Source: Elusimicrobiota bacterium (GTDB lineage: Bacteria > Elusimicrobiota > Elusimicrobia > UBA1565 > UBA9628). From it: DNA of 64,000 nucleotides. The translations under genes were made by a program, and so were the position numbers. Under the pieces are notes generated by a model. It was not told the DNA's origin. It saw nothing but the letters and a program-made list of their open reading frames with translations, and searched no databases. Location: NCBI GenBank assembly GCA_016234805.1, contig JACRNU010000019.1:562-64561 (forward strand), in the 5' to 3' direction. Positions 19,457-28,946 of this stretch are shown here, in pieces; position 1 is the stretch's first letter; every line of letters begins with the position of its first letter.

Positions 19457-20191
19457 ATGGCCGCCATCGGAATCTCGGCAGCGAGTATCTCCAAGAGGCT
19501 GGGCAGGGTCCAGGCTCTCGACGGGGTGTCCCTGGAGTTCGCGGCCGGGACCATCAACGGCCTCATCGGCCCGGACGGAGCAGGGAAAACGACCCTGATG
19601 CGGGTCCTGGCAGGATTGCTGAGGCCCGATTCCGGGACCGTTTCCTGCTCCGCTGACGGCGTTGCGACCCCGTTCTCCGAGGTCCGGCCCGCTCTTGCCT
19701 ACATGCCCCAGGCAGCCAGCCTCTACCCCGACCTTTCAGTGCAGGAGCATCTGGATTTCTTCCGGGACCTCTACAGCCTGCCCGAGGCCGTGTACCGGCC
19801 CAGGGCCTCGGAGCTCCTGGCCATCACCAGGCTCGAACCGTTCCGCGACCGGAGGGCATCCCAGCTCTCCGGCGGCATGTACAAGAAGCTGGGCCTCATG
19901 TGCAGCCTCCTGCGTTCGCCGAGCGCCCTCCTCCTGGACGAACCGACCAACGGGGTGGACCCCATCAGCAGGCGCGAGTTCTGGGACCTCCTCTACCGCC
20001 TCGCCGGGCAGAGGATCCTGGTCGTCATCGCCACGGCCTACATGGACGAGGCCGAGCGCTGCTCTCGGGTGCACCTGCTGGACCGAGGCCGCGTGCTGTC
20101 ATCGGGAGAGCCCCGGCAGCTCCTCGCCGCTGAAGGCACGGCCGGATTCGACGAGGTCTTCATCCGCCGCGCTCGGCAGGAGGCCGCATGA
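19457..20191 (+). CDS. ABC transporter ATP-binding protein (YbhF N-half-like)
   Basis: Walker A GPDGAGKTT, signature LSGGMYKKL, Walker B LLLDEP. Confidence 0.85.
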   Translation: MAAIGISAASISKRLGRVQALDGVSLEFAAGTINGLIGPDGAGKTTLMRVLAGLLRPDSGTVSCSADGVATPFSEVRPALAYMPQAASLYPDLSVQEHLDFFRDLYSLPEAVYRPRASELLAITRLEPFRDRRASQLSGGMYKKLGLMCSLLRSPSALLLDEPTNGVDPISRREFWDLLYRLAGQRILVVIATAYMDEAERCSRVHLLDRGRVLSSGEPRQLLAAEGTAGFDEVFIRRARQEAA

Positions 20192-21102
20192 CCGCCATCG
20201 AGGTCCGGGATCTCACGGTCCGGTTCGGGGACTTCACCGCCGTGGACCGGGTCTCCTTCAGCGTTTCCCGCGGAGAAGTCTTCGGTTTCCTCGGCGCCAA
20301 TGGCGCGGGAAAGACCACGGCCATCAGGACGCTCTGCGGCCTCCTTACGCCAACGGAAGGCTCGGTCTCCGTGGCCGGCCTGGGCTTCGAGGACGGGGGC
20401 GCTGCCATCAAGAGCAGGGTCGGCTACATGTCCCAGCGCTTCACCCTGTACAACGACCTCTCCGTGGCCGAGAACCTGGCGTTCGCGGCAGGCCTACGGC
20501 GGATGGGCTCCACGGCCCTCAAGAAGCGCGCCTCCGAGCTCCTGGGCTTCATCGGCTTCGACCGGGGCTTGGACACCCTGGTGCGCGACCTGGCCGGAGG
20601 GCTCAAGCAGGAGCTGGCTTTGGCCGCGTCGCTCCTCCACGACCCTGAGATCGTGTTTCTGGATGAGCCCACCTCCGGGGTGTCTCCTGCCTCGCGCGAG
20701 AGGTTCTGGAACCTCATCGCCAGGCTCACTGACAGCGGCAAGACCGTGCTCGTGACCACGCACTACATGGACGAGGCCGAGCATTGCGGCCGTATCGGGC
20801 TCATGGCCGCGGGCCGGCTCATCGCGCTCGACACCCCGGAACGCCTGAAATCCTCCGTGTTCCCAGGTCCCATGGTCGAGATCGACCCTGGGGCCGTGGA
20901 CCCGCGTGCGGTCGCGGGCCTTGCGGCCGAACCAGGGGTCGTGTCCTTTCAGCCCCATGGCCAGCGGTTCCACTTGAACGCCGTGGACGAGGCTGCTTGG
21001 ACGGCGCTCGAACGACGCCTTCCTCCTGGCGCCAACGCCAGGCGGATCAGGCCGTCGCTCGAGGACGTGTTCATCCGCCTGGTGGAGGAGGCCGGCCGAT
21101 GA
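20188..21102 (+). CDS. ABC transporter ATP-binding protein (YbhF C-half-like)
   Basis: Walker A GANGAGKTT and Walker B VFLDEPTSG. Four-nt overlap with the previous ATPase. Confidence 0.85.
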   Translation: MTAIEVRDLTVRFGDFTAVDRVSFSVSRGEVFGFLGANGAGKTTAIRTLCGLLTPTEGSVSVAGLGFEDGGAAIKSRVGYMSQRFTLYNDLSVAENLAFAAGLRRMGSTALKKRASELLGFIGFDRGLDTLVRDLAGGLKQELALAASLLHDPEIVFLDEPTSGVSPASRERFWNLIARLTDSGKTVLVTTHYMDEAEHCGRIGLMAAGRLIALDTPERLKSSVFPGPMVEIDPGAVDPRAVAGLAAEPGVVSFQPHGQRFHLNAVDEAAWTALERRLPPGANARRIRPSLEDVFIRLVEEAGR

Positions 21103-22280
21103 CCGAGACGGGGAACCCGCGAAGCAGGGCGGAGACCATGAAGCACGGCTTCCAGCTCGTCCGCGCCAAGGCCATGGCGCGCAAGGAGGTCCGCCACATC
21201 CTGCGCGACCCCTTCACCTTGGGCCTGGCCCTGGGCCTGCCGGTCCTGCTCGTAGCCTTCTTCGGCATCGCCATCGACTTCGACGTGCGCGACATCGTCA
21301 CCGTGGTCCACGACTCCGACCGCTCTCGGCCCTCGCGGCAGTTCGCGGAAGTCTTCGCTGCCTCGGACTACTTCCGCGTCCAGGCCCCAACGCCTGGGGG
21401 CGGGATCCTGAGACAGCTCGATGCTGAGACGGCCGGCGCCGTGCTGATCATTACGCCCGGCTTCAGTCGTGACCTGCGAGCCGGCAAGGAGGTCCGGGCG
21501 CAGTTCGTGCTCGATGGCGCGGACAATGCAAGGGCTGTGGCCATCCTGGGCTACCTTCCCGGTCTGCTGGCCTCGGCCCGGCGCCGCCTCGTCACGGCCG
21601 CTGCAAGCTTTCCCTTTCCGATAGAGGCGGAACCGGTCCATCTCAAGACCCGCTTCCTTTATAACCACGAGCTCAACAGCAGGTGGTTCACCATCCCGGG
21701 CCTTTCCGTGATCGTGCTGGGCCTGCTCTCCATCCTGTTCACGGCCCTGACCGTGGCCCGGGAATGGGAGAACGGGTCCATGGAACTCCTCCTCTCGACC
21801 CCGGTGCGGCCCCTGGAGATCATCGCGGGCAAAATCGCGCCCTATCTGGCCTTGAGCTGCTGCGGCATGCTCATCCTGTATCTGGTGGCGAGGCTGGGCT
21901 TCGGCGTTCCCTTCCGCGGAAGCCACATCCTCTTCGCATGCGTCGCGCTCATGTTCCTGCTGGCGAGCCTCTCACAAGGGCTGCTTATTTCGGTGCTGAC
22001 GCGCCAGCAGCAGCTGGCCATGCAGCTTTCCATGATGACAGGACTCCTGCCGTCTTTGCTCCTCTCCGGCTTCATCTTCCCGGTGGAGAGCATGCCTGTC
22101 TTCTTCCAATACTTCACCGCGCTCCTGCCCCCGCGCTGGTTCATGGCAGCATGCCGCGGCATCTTCCTCAAAGGCGCGGGCCCTCTGGAACTGGCACAGC
22201 CGCTCTTTGCCCTGGCCCTGCTCGACGCGGTCCTCATCACGGCCGCGGCCAAGAGGTTCAAAAGGGACCTCGAGCCATGA
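21099..22280 (+). CDS. ABC-2 type transporter permease (YbhS-like)
   Basis: Six-TM ABC-2 permease. Start at ATG 21099 overlaps the previous stop. Confidence 0.8.
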   Translation: MTETGNPRSRAETMKHGFQLVRAKAMARKEVRHILRDPFTLGLALGLPVLLVAFFGIAIDFDVRDIVTVVHDSDRSRPSRQFAEVFAASDYFRVQAPTPGGGILRQLDAETAGAVLIITPGFSRDLRAGKEVRAQFVLDGADNARAVAILGYLPGLLASARRRLVTAAASFPFPIEAEPVHLKTRFLYNHELNSRWFTIPGLSVIVLGLLSILFTALTVAREWENGSMELLLSTPVRPLEIIAGKIAPYLALSCCGMLILYLVARLGFGVPFRGSHILFACVALMFLLASLSQGLLISVLTRQQQLAMQLSMMTGLLPSLLLSGFIFPVESMPVFFQYFTALLPPRWFMAACRGIFLKGAGPLELAQPLFALALLDAVLITAAAKRFKRDLEP

Positions 22281-23377
22281 AGACCGTCCTCATGGCGTTC
22301 CTGCGCAAGGAGCTCTCCCAGGCTCTGCGCGACCCGCGCATGAGGGTGCTCCTCTTCGTCATGCCCGTGATTCAGATGGCCGTGTTCGGCTATGCCATCT
22401 CCACCGAGATCCGCGGCATCAGGCTGGCCGCGTTCCACGCCCCGAACGACGCAACGAGCCGCCGGCTCGTTGACCGCTTCTTCGCGTCAGGCTGGTTCCT
22501 CCCTGTCCCGGCGGAGGGCGGTGATCCCTTCAGCCTCATCCAGGCCGGAAAAGCGGATGCCGTGCTCGTGGCGCCGGAACACGGCCTCACCCGCAGCCTG
22601 GGCCGGGGAGCGGGAGAGGTCCAACTCCTCGTCGATGCCGCCAATGCCGCCAAAGCCCGCGCTGTCGAGGCTTATGCCCGCTCCATCATCGCGGCCGCTG
22701 TCCCGCGACCCTCGGGGACCGGCCCGGCCGGACAGGGGATCGCGCTCGACGTCCGGGTCCTCTACAACCCGGCCATGGAATCCTCGGTCTTCATGGTGCC
22801 CGGGGTCATGGGCATGATCGTGTGCCTGGTCACCATCGTGCTGACCAGCATGTCCCTGGCCCGGGAGAAGGAGACCGGGACCTTCGAAACCATCATCGCG
22901 GCCCCCCTCTCGGTGGGAGAGATCCTGCTCGGCAAGACCGTGCCCTTCATCCTGCTTGGCCTGGCGGACTGCTGCCTGGTCCTGCTCGCAGGGACCCTTC
23001 TTTTCAGCGTGCCTTCGCGCGGTCCCCTCTGGATGCTGGCCGTGGCCAGCGCCGCCTTCGTGGTCACCACCGTGTCCGTGGGCACCCTCATCTCCACGGT
23101 CTCGCGCAACCAGCAGCAAGCCATGCTGGGCAGCTTCATGTTCCTCTTTCCCGCGAACCTCCTCTCCGGCATCATGTTCCCGGTGGAGAACATGCCCCCC
23201 GCGGTGCGGTGGGCGGCGTATTTCGACCCTCTGAAATATTTCGTAACATTGGTCAGAAACATCATGCTCAAGGGGGGAGACCCCTGGGTCTTCGTTTCCA
23301 ACGTCGCGGTGCTTGCTCTCATGGCTGTCCTGACCGCGGCCTTGAGCTACAGGCGGTTCCGGCGGACGCTGGAGTGA
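22277..23377 (+). CDS. ABC-2 type transporter permease (YbhR-like)
   Basis: Paralogous to the preceding permease; ATG 22277 overlaps its stop. Confidence 0.8.
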   Translation: MKTVLMAFLRKELSQALRDPRMRVLLFVMPVIQMAVFGYAISTEIRGIRLAAFHAPNDATSRRLVDRFFASGWFLPVPAEGGDPFSLIQAGKADAVLVAPEHGLTRSLGRGAGEVQLLVDAANAAKARAVEAYARSIIAAAVPRPSGTGPAGQGIALDVRVLYNPAMESSVFMVPGVMGMIVCLVTIVLTSMSLAREKETGTFETIIAAPLSVGEILLGKTVPFILLGLADCCLVLLAGTLLFSVPSRGPLWMLAVASAAFVVTTVSVGTLISTVSRNQQQAMLGSFMFLFPANLLSGIMFPVENMPPAVRWAAYFDPLKYFVTLVRNIMLKGGDPWVFVSNVAVLALMAVLTAALSYRRFRRTLE

Positions 23378-23403
23378 CCGGAGACGCGCACCAAGGAGGA
23401 ATC

Positions 23404-23562
23404 GTGGCGACATACAAGTGCTCCGTGTGCGGCTACATCTACGACCCCGCAAAGGGCGACCCGGACCACGGCATCAAGGCCAAGACGCCGTTCGAGAAGC
23501 TCCCGTCCGACTACACCTGCCCGGTCTGCGGGGTGGGCAAGAGCGACTTCGAGAAGCAATAG
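23404..23562 (+). CDS. Rubredoxin
   Basis: 52 aa with two CxxCG knuckles ([10 protein letters not shown]...CPVCGVGK). GTG start is preceded by AAGGAGGA. Confidence 0.85.
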   Translation: MATYKCSVCGYIYDPAKGDPDHGIKAKTPFEKLPSDYTCPVCGVGKSDFEKQ

Positions 23563-23572
23563 GAGAGACGCC

Positions 23573-23920
23573 ATGGCATTCAGCAAGGCAAAGGGAGACC
23601 CGGAGAGCCTCAAGGGCAGGACCATCACGCCGAGCAAGCTCGTAGGTTACCAGAAAGGCTCGGTCGTCAGCCGCACCATCGTGGAGCGGCCCACCGGCAC
23701 GGTCACGCTCTTCGCCTTCGACAAGGGCGAGGGCTTGAGCGAGCACACGGCCCCTTTCGACGCGCTGGTGCAGGTCCTCGACGGCGAAGCCGAGGTCCGC
23801 GTCTCGGGCAAGCCTCACCGGGTCAGGGCCGGCGAGGCCATCATCATGCCCGCGGGAAAGCCCCACAGCCTGAGGGCCGTGGAGCGCTTCAAGATGGAAC
23901 TCGTTATGATCCGTTCGTAG
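23573..23920 (+). CDS. Cupin domain protein
   Basis: 115-aa cupin beta-barrel (GEGLSEHTAPFDALVQVLDGEAEVRV...GEAIIMPAGKPHSL). Confidence 0.7.
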   Translation: MAFSKAKGDPESLKGRTITPSKLVGYQKGSVVSRTIVERPTGTVTLFAFDKGEGLSEHTAPFDALVQVLDGEAEVRVSGKPHRVRAGEAIIMPAGKPHSLRAVERFKMELVMIRS

Positions 23921-23924
23921 GCTG

Positions 23925-25310
23925 TCACACCGCGGTCTTGCGCCGGAACAGGGCCGCGGCCCGGGCGCGCAGGATCCTGGGGTCGAACGGCTTGGCCAGA
24001 TAGTCATCAGCTCCGCACTGCAGGGCCTGCACCTGCGCCTCGGCCTCGCCGACCGCGGTCACCACGATGACCGGAACGGTTGCCGTGGCCGGCGCAGCGC
24101 GCAAGCGCTTGAGCACGGCAAAGCCGTCCATCCCGGGCATCATGAGGTCCAGCAGCACGAGGTCCGGCGGGTCGGCCCACGCGGCCGACAACGCCTCCTC
24201 ACCCGATGGGGCCTCGGAGAGAGCGTACCCGTCCGCGGCAAGGCTTGCGGCCATGAGGTTGCGGTTGTCCGGGTTGTCGTCCACGATCAGCACCTTCGCC
24301 CCGGTCGCACGGCTTGCCGGCCGGACAGTCAACGGAACGTCCATCCCCATCGGATCATCCACTGGAACCGGCTCGGGGCTTTGGAGGCGAGCGGGGATGT
24401 CGTCCCTCGCGCTCATGCCCACGACCGAGGCCGCTTCATCCACCTTCGTATCCCCGCGGAGGAGGTGGTACTTGGCGTCCTCCTCGAGCGTCCTCAGCCA
24501 TCCTGCCCGGCGCGCCATCTCCGCGAAAGCCGCGGTCTCGGTCTCGCCGGAGAGCCGCCTTCTCACCGCGGGCTCGGAAAGGTCGAGTATCTCGGCCAGG
24601 GCCAGCCTGCCCCGCAGTCCCGACCCGGAGCAGGACTCGCACCCGGAGCCGCCGCACGCGGCGCACCGCCTCCTCACGAGCCGCTGGGAAACGACTCCTA
24701 TCAGGGCCGAGGCGATCCTGAAGCGCTCCACGCCCATGTCCAGCAATCGGTCGATGGTGGCTGTCGCGTCGTTGGTGTGGAGCGTGGAAAGCACGAGGTG
24801 TCCGGTCATGGCCGCCTGGAACGCGATGTCCGCGGTCTCGCGGTCCCTGATCTCCCCCACGAGGATGATGTCCGGGTCCTGCCTGAGGACCGAGCGCAGG
24901 ATTGAGGCGAAGCCCATGCCGGCCTTGTCGCTCACCTGGATCTGGTTGACGCCGGCCATGCGGTACTCGACCGGGTCCTCCACGGTCGTGATGTTGACCC
25001 CGTCCGCGCGCAGGCCGGCAAGGAGGGAATAGAGCGTCGTGGTCTTGCCTGAGCCTGTCGGCCCGGTCACCAGCAGAAGCCCCTGCGGGATGGAAGAGAG
25101 CCGTTCCATGGTCTTCAAGAGGTCCGGCCGGAACCCCAAGGAAGCCAGAGGCACCTCGGCCTGCCTGGGATCGAGGATGCGCAGGACCGCCTTTTCTCCG
25201 AAGGAGGTCGGCACTGTGGAGACCCGGAGCCCCAGTTCCCGCTCCCCGACCCGCAGTTTGGCGCGGCCGTCCTGCGGCCTCCTGCGGTCCGCGATGTCAA
25301 GACGCGCCAT
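23925..25310 (-). CDS. GspE/PilB-family secretion ATPase core fused to a C-terminal response-regulator receiver domain (N-terminally truncated or split)
   Basis: SRIKIMARLDIADRRRPQDGR, Walker A GPTGSGKTTTL, Asp/His boxes, tetracysteine CAACGGSGCESCSGSG, then a REC domain (KVLIVDDNP...LDLMMPGMDG...DDYLAKPF). The frame is coherent only from ~25345 downward. Confidence 0.7.
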   Translation of the reverse strand: MARLDIADRRRPQDGRAKLRVGERELGLRVSTVPTSFGEKAVLRILDPRQAEVPLASLGFRPDLLKTMERLSSIPQGLLLVTGPTGSGKTTTLYSLLAGLRADGVNITTVEDPVEYRMAGVNQIQVSDKAGMGFASILRSVLRQDPDIILVGEIRDRETADIAFQAAMTGHLVLSTLHTNDATATIDRLLDMGVERFRIASALIGVVSQRLVRRRCAACGGSGCESCSGSGLRGRLALAEILDLSEPAVRRRLSGETETAAFAEMARRAGWLRTLEEDAKYHLLRGDTKVDEAASVVGMSARDDIPARLQSPEPVPVDDPMGMDVPLTVRPASRATGAKVLIVDDNPDNRNLMAASLAADGYALSEAPSGEEALSAAWADPPDLVLLDLMMPGMDGFAVLKRLRAAPATATVPVIVVTAVGEAEAQVQALQCGADDYLAKPFDPRILRARAAALFRRKTAV

Positions 25311-25866
25311 GATCTTGATGCGCGAGACGAGCGCCCCGGCCGCGACATGCCGGGGCAGAGTCGCCCTCGTCGCTTGAAAGGCACTCGACAGCCTCGCTCT
25401 CCGGCAGGCTGCGCAGGAGGTCGTAGACCACGGCATCAGGGGAGTAAAGGGCGTCGAGCAGGTCCCTGACCTGGCGCGACAAAGCGTAGCGGGCCACTGG
25501 TTCCCTGCCGCTGACCGCGCAAACCTCGGCCAGAGCCTCGGCGTCCAAGGGGTTCGACATGGCCACGACGATGCGGCCATCCTCCAAGCCCAGGGGAGCC
25601 AGACCCCTGCGCCGGCACACTGGCTCCGGGAGCAGGCCTTTCACCAGGGGGTCAGGGGCGCCGGCGGACGGCTCGGCCAGGCGCAGGCGGTACTGGTCCC
25701 AGAGCGCGTCGCCGAAGGCTTGGCGGCTGAGGGCCCCTGTCGAGAACGCCTCAGCCACCGGGTCGGGCGCCCCGCGCAGTCTTTCCAGGGCCTCGGCTGA
25801 GACCAACCCCCGCTTTTCCGCAAGCCTCAGGAACCACTCGTCACGGCCGGCTGTCAGCTTTCCCAT
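25297..25866 (-). CDS. T2SSE_N / MshEN-type domain protein (GspE N-terminal domain, standalone or split from the ATPase)
   Basis: LRLAEKRGLVSAEALERL...GRIVVAMSNPLDAEALAEV...REPVARYALSRQVRDLLDALY matches the GspE N1 domain. GGGAGG Shine-Dalgarno before ATG 25866. The stop overlaps the ATG of the ATPase ORF in the sequence ATGGCGCGTCTTGA. Confidence 0.6.
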   Translation of the reverse strand: MGKLTAGRDEWFLRLAEKRGLVSAEALERLRGAPDPVAEAFSTGALSRQAFGDALWDQYRLRLAEPSAGAPDPLVKGLLPEPVCRRRGLAPLGLEDGRIVVAMSNPLDAEALAEVCAVSGREPVARYALSRQVRDLLDALYSPDAVVYDLLRSLPESEAVECLSSDEGDSAPACRGRGARLAHQDHGAS

Positions 25867-26242
25867 GGAGGCTTCCTCCCGCGATGGCCTTGCGCACCTC
25901 GGCCACCAGCCTGGCCGGGGCGCAGGGCTTGGCGATGACGCCGTCGCACCCGGCCCGGGCCGCCTTCTCCGCGTCCCCGGCAAGGGCATAAGCCGTGAAG
26001 GCCAGCACCGGGACGCCTCCCAAGAGCGGGTTCGCCTTGAGGCGCCGCGTGGTCTCCCAACCGTCGAGCACGGGCATGCCCATGTCCATCAGCACCAAGT
26101 CAGGCGGCTCGGCCTCGGCCAGGGCCAGGGCCGCGGCTCCGTCTTCGGCCAAGACGACCCTGAAGCCGGCTGCCTTCAAGGCCGCGGCCGCCACGGCGCG
26201 ATTGTCCGCATCGTCGTCCGCGACCAGCACCAGAGGATTCAT
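25841..26242 (-). CDS. CheY-like single-domain response regulator
   Basis: 133-aa REC domain (VLVADDDADNR...LVLMDMGMPVLDGW...KPCAP). Confidence 0.8.
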   Translation of the reverse strand: MNPLVLVADDDADNRAVAAAALKAAGFRVVLAEDGAAALALAEAEPPDLVLMDMGMPVLDGWETTRRLKANPLLGGVPVLAFTAYALAGDAEKAARAGCDGVIAKPCAPARLVAEVRKAIAGGSLHGKADSRP

Positions 26243-28137
26243 CGTCGGACCTCCGCGAGCGCCGTGAGCTTGCGCTTGAGCCCGGCAAGGATCTCCGCCA
26301 CGCTGAGCGCGCCCTTGCGCACCACTGCCGCGTCATTGGTCTGCAGGCGGACAGCCTCTTCGGGGGAGACCTCTCGGCCCGTCAGGATCACGACCGGGAC
26401 CTTGCGGCTGCCGGGTTCCCGGCCCATCTCCTCGGCCACGGCAAGACCGCTCATGTCAGGCAGGCCCATGTCCAGGAACATGGCGTCCGGCTTCTCCTGC
26501 CTCCAGCAGGCGAGCGCCTCGGCGCCCGTCCCGGCGGACACCACGGAAAAGCCTTCGCTGGTGAGACCGAAAGTCATCAGGGAGACGATATCGGGATCAT
26601 CGTCGACCACGAGCACCTTGCGGCCCAGGAGCCGCGACTGCGCGCGCAGCTTGGCCAGCAGGCCGGCCCGGTCAAAAGGCTTGACGAGGTAGTCGGAGAC
26701 CCCCAGAGAGAACCCCAGGGCCTGATTCTCGATGATCGAAAGGATGAACACCGGGATGGGCCGCAGGACCGGGTCGGCCTTGAGCTCTCTGAGCACGGAC
26801 CAGCCGTCGCGCCGCGGCATGAGGATGTCGAGCGTGATGATCTCCGGCATCAGGCGCCGGGCCAGGGCAAGCCCCTCGTCGGCGCACAAGGCCCCCCTGA
26901 ACTCGAACTCCGTGGCGGAGAGGCTGTCCCGCAGGAGCCGGAGCACCTCGGGGTCGTCGTCGATGCTGAGGATGACCTTGCGGCCCGGCCGGACCTCCTC
27001 GGTTCCCCCGCCCGCGATCGCCGGGACATCAGCCAGGGGACGGGAAGCTCCGGGCAGGAGCACCTTGAAGACCGAGCCCCCGCCCACCCGGCTCTCAACG
27101 CTGATCGAGCCCTGCAGGAGCTCCGAGAGCTTCTTCGTGATGGAAAGACCCAGCCCGGTGCCCCCCTGCTTGCGGACCGAAGAGCCGTCCACCTGGGTGA
27201 ACTGCTCGAAGACGAAGTCCAGGTGCTCGGCCGCGATGCCGCAGCCCGTGTCCTGGACCCAAAACTCGATCCTTCCTTCGGAACCGGCCCGCGCTCCCAG
27301 GGTGACCGTGCCCCGGTCCGTGAACTTGATGGCGTTGCCCGCGAGGTTGACCAGTATCTGCTTGACCTTGGTGCGGTCCGAACGCAGCGGGATGCCCGCC
27401 CCGGCCTCCCAGGCCATGGCGAGCCCCTTGGCCTTGGCCAGGGACTGCATCGTGTCCACGGTCTCCCTCAGGAGGTCCGCCACGTCGAAATCCTCCAGGA
27501 AGACCTGCATCATGCCGGCGTTGAGCTTGGAATAGTCCAAGACGTTGTTGATGAGCGCCAGCAGGTTCTTCGAGTTGACCAGGACGCGCTCGAGCGGCTC
27601 TCTCTGGACCTCGGTCACTGCTCCGTAGGTGCCGTCCAGGAGCAGTGAGGTGTAGCCCATGAGGGCGTTCATGGGCGTGCGAAGCTCGTGGCTCATGTTG
27701 GCCAGGAACTCGGACTTGACCCGGTCTGCTTCCTCGAGCTCGTTGACCTTGGCTCTCAGCCGCTTGCGCTCGACCGCCCGGGCGGCCAGGTCCGCGAGGT
27801 GGTCGAGCGAGTACGGCTTGGCCACATAATCGTACGCCCCGGCCTTGAGCGCGGCGATGGCGGTCTCCACCGTGGCGTTGCCCGTGACCATGATGACCTC
27901 GAGCTTGGGCCGGAGGTCCTTGAGCGCCTTGAGCACTTCGACGCCGTCCATGCCGGGCAGGCCGATGTCGCAGATGGCGGCGTCGAACTCCTCCCGGAGC
28001 GCAAGGCCGACGGCTTCCTCGCCCGAACCAGCCGCGGCCACGCGAAAGCCCTCCAGGGGCAAGGCCCGGCAGAGCAGGTTCCTCACCGAAGGCTCGTCGT
28101 CGATGACCAGCACGTATCCGCCCCGAACGTGGTCCAT
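26239..28137 (-). CDS. Hybrid sensor histidine kinase (REC-HisKA-HATPase_c-REC-REC)
   Basis: N-terminal REC, H-box SHELRTPMNALMGY, N/G1/G2 boxes, then two C-terminal REC domains (KVILSIDDDPE..., KVLVVDDDPD...). Confidence 0.85.
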   Translation of the reverse strand: MDHVRGGYVLVIDDEPSVRNLLCRALPLEGFRVAAAGSGEEAVGLALREEFDAAICDIGLPGMDGVEVLKALKDLRPKLEVIMVTGNATVETAIAALKAGAYDYVAKPYSLDHLADLAARAVERKRLRAKVNELEEADRVKSEFLANMSHELRTPMNALMGYTSLLLDGTYGAVTEVQREPLERVLVNSKNLLALINNVLDYSKLNAGMMQVFLEDFDVADLLRETVDTMQSLAKAKGLAMAWEAGAGIPLRSDRTKVKQILVNLAGNAIKFTDRGTVTLGARAGSEGRIEFWVQDTGCGIAAEHLDFVFEQFTQVDGSSVRKQGGTGLGLSITKKLSELLQGSISVESRVGGGSVFKVLLPGASRPLADVPAIAGGGTEEVRPGRKVILSIDDDPEVLRLLRDSLSATEFEFRGALCADEGLALARRLMPEIITLDILMPRRDGWSVLRELKADPVLRPIPVFILSIIENQALGFSLGVSDYLVKPFDRAGLLAKLRAQSRLLGRKVLVVDDDPDIVSLMTFGLTSEGFSVVSAGTGAEALACWRQEKPDAMFLDMGLPDMSGLAVAEEMGREPGSRKVPVVILTGREVSPEEAVRLQTNDAAVVRKGALSVAEILAGLKRKLTALAEVRR

Positions 28138-28200
28138 ACCATAGTATGGCGCGGCCGGCTGAAGCAGGGCTTGCGGAGAGCTTAAGAAGGGATTAACTGG

Positions 28201-28893
28201 TCAGTCTTCGAACTTATAGCCGTGGCCGAGGACGGCCACGATGCGCTTGGCCAGGCCGGGCCCGAGCTTCTTGCGCAGGTGGCAGACATGGACCTCGACC
28301 GTGCCCGGGTCGTTGTAATCGGCCGGGTCGTAGCCCCATACGGTCTCGAGCAGGTAGTTGATGGTCAGGGCCTTGCCGGGCCTGCTCAGCAGGGTCGCAA
28401 GCAGATCGAACTCCTTGCGGGTCAGGGAGACCTTCTTCCCCCGGACGCTGACGGTGCGGCCCGCCGGGTCGAGCTCGACGCCGTGCTTCTTGAGCCGCTC
28501 GTCGGAAACGACCACGACCTTGTAGCGCCTCAGGACCGCCTCGATGCGCGCCTTCAAGACCGCCATGGAGAAGGGCTTGGCCACGTAGTCGTCCGCCCCG
28601 CCCGCGAACCCGGCGAGGACATGCTGCTCGTCGATGAGGGCCCCGCTCATGATGATGATCGGGACGGTCTGGGTCGCGGCCTCCTGCTTGAGCACCCGGC
28701 AGACCGCGTGCCCGTCCAGGCCCGGCATCTGCGCGTCCACCAGGATGATGTCCGGCTTGGACTCGCGCGCCAGCATGAGGGCCTCGGACCCGCTGTCGGA
28801 CACCACGCAGACGAACCCGTTCGCGGACAGGTAGCGCTTGAGCGCTCCCAGCACCGAACGGTCATCATCAACGATGAGTATCTTTGGCTTCAT
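28201..28893 (-). CDS. OmpR-family DNA-binding response regulator
   Basis: REC (MKPKILIVDDD...) plus a winged-helix trans_reg_C domain (LTRKEFDLLATLL...VWGYD...VEVHVCHLRKKL). Confidence 0.85.
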   Translation of the reverse strand: MKPKILIVDDDRSVLGALKRYLSANGFVCVVSDSGSEALMLARESKPDIILVDAQMPGLDGHAVCRVLKQEAATQTVPIIIMSGALIDEQHVLAGFAGGADDYVAKPFSMAVLKARIEAVLRRYKVVVVSDERLKKHGVELDPAGRTVSVRGKKVSLTRKEFDLLATLLSRPGKALTINYLLETVWGYDPADYNDPGTVEVHVCHLRKKLGPGLAKRIVAVLGHGYKFED

Positions 28894-28946
28894 GGGCGCT
28901 CCCTGCCCAGAGTATGCCAAATCGCGGGCCGGGCGCATAGGCCCCG

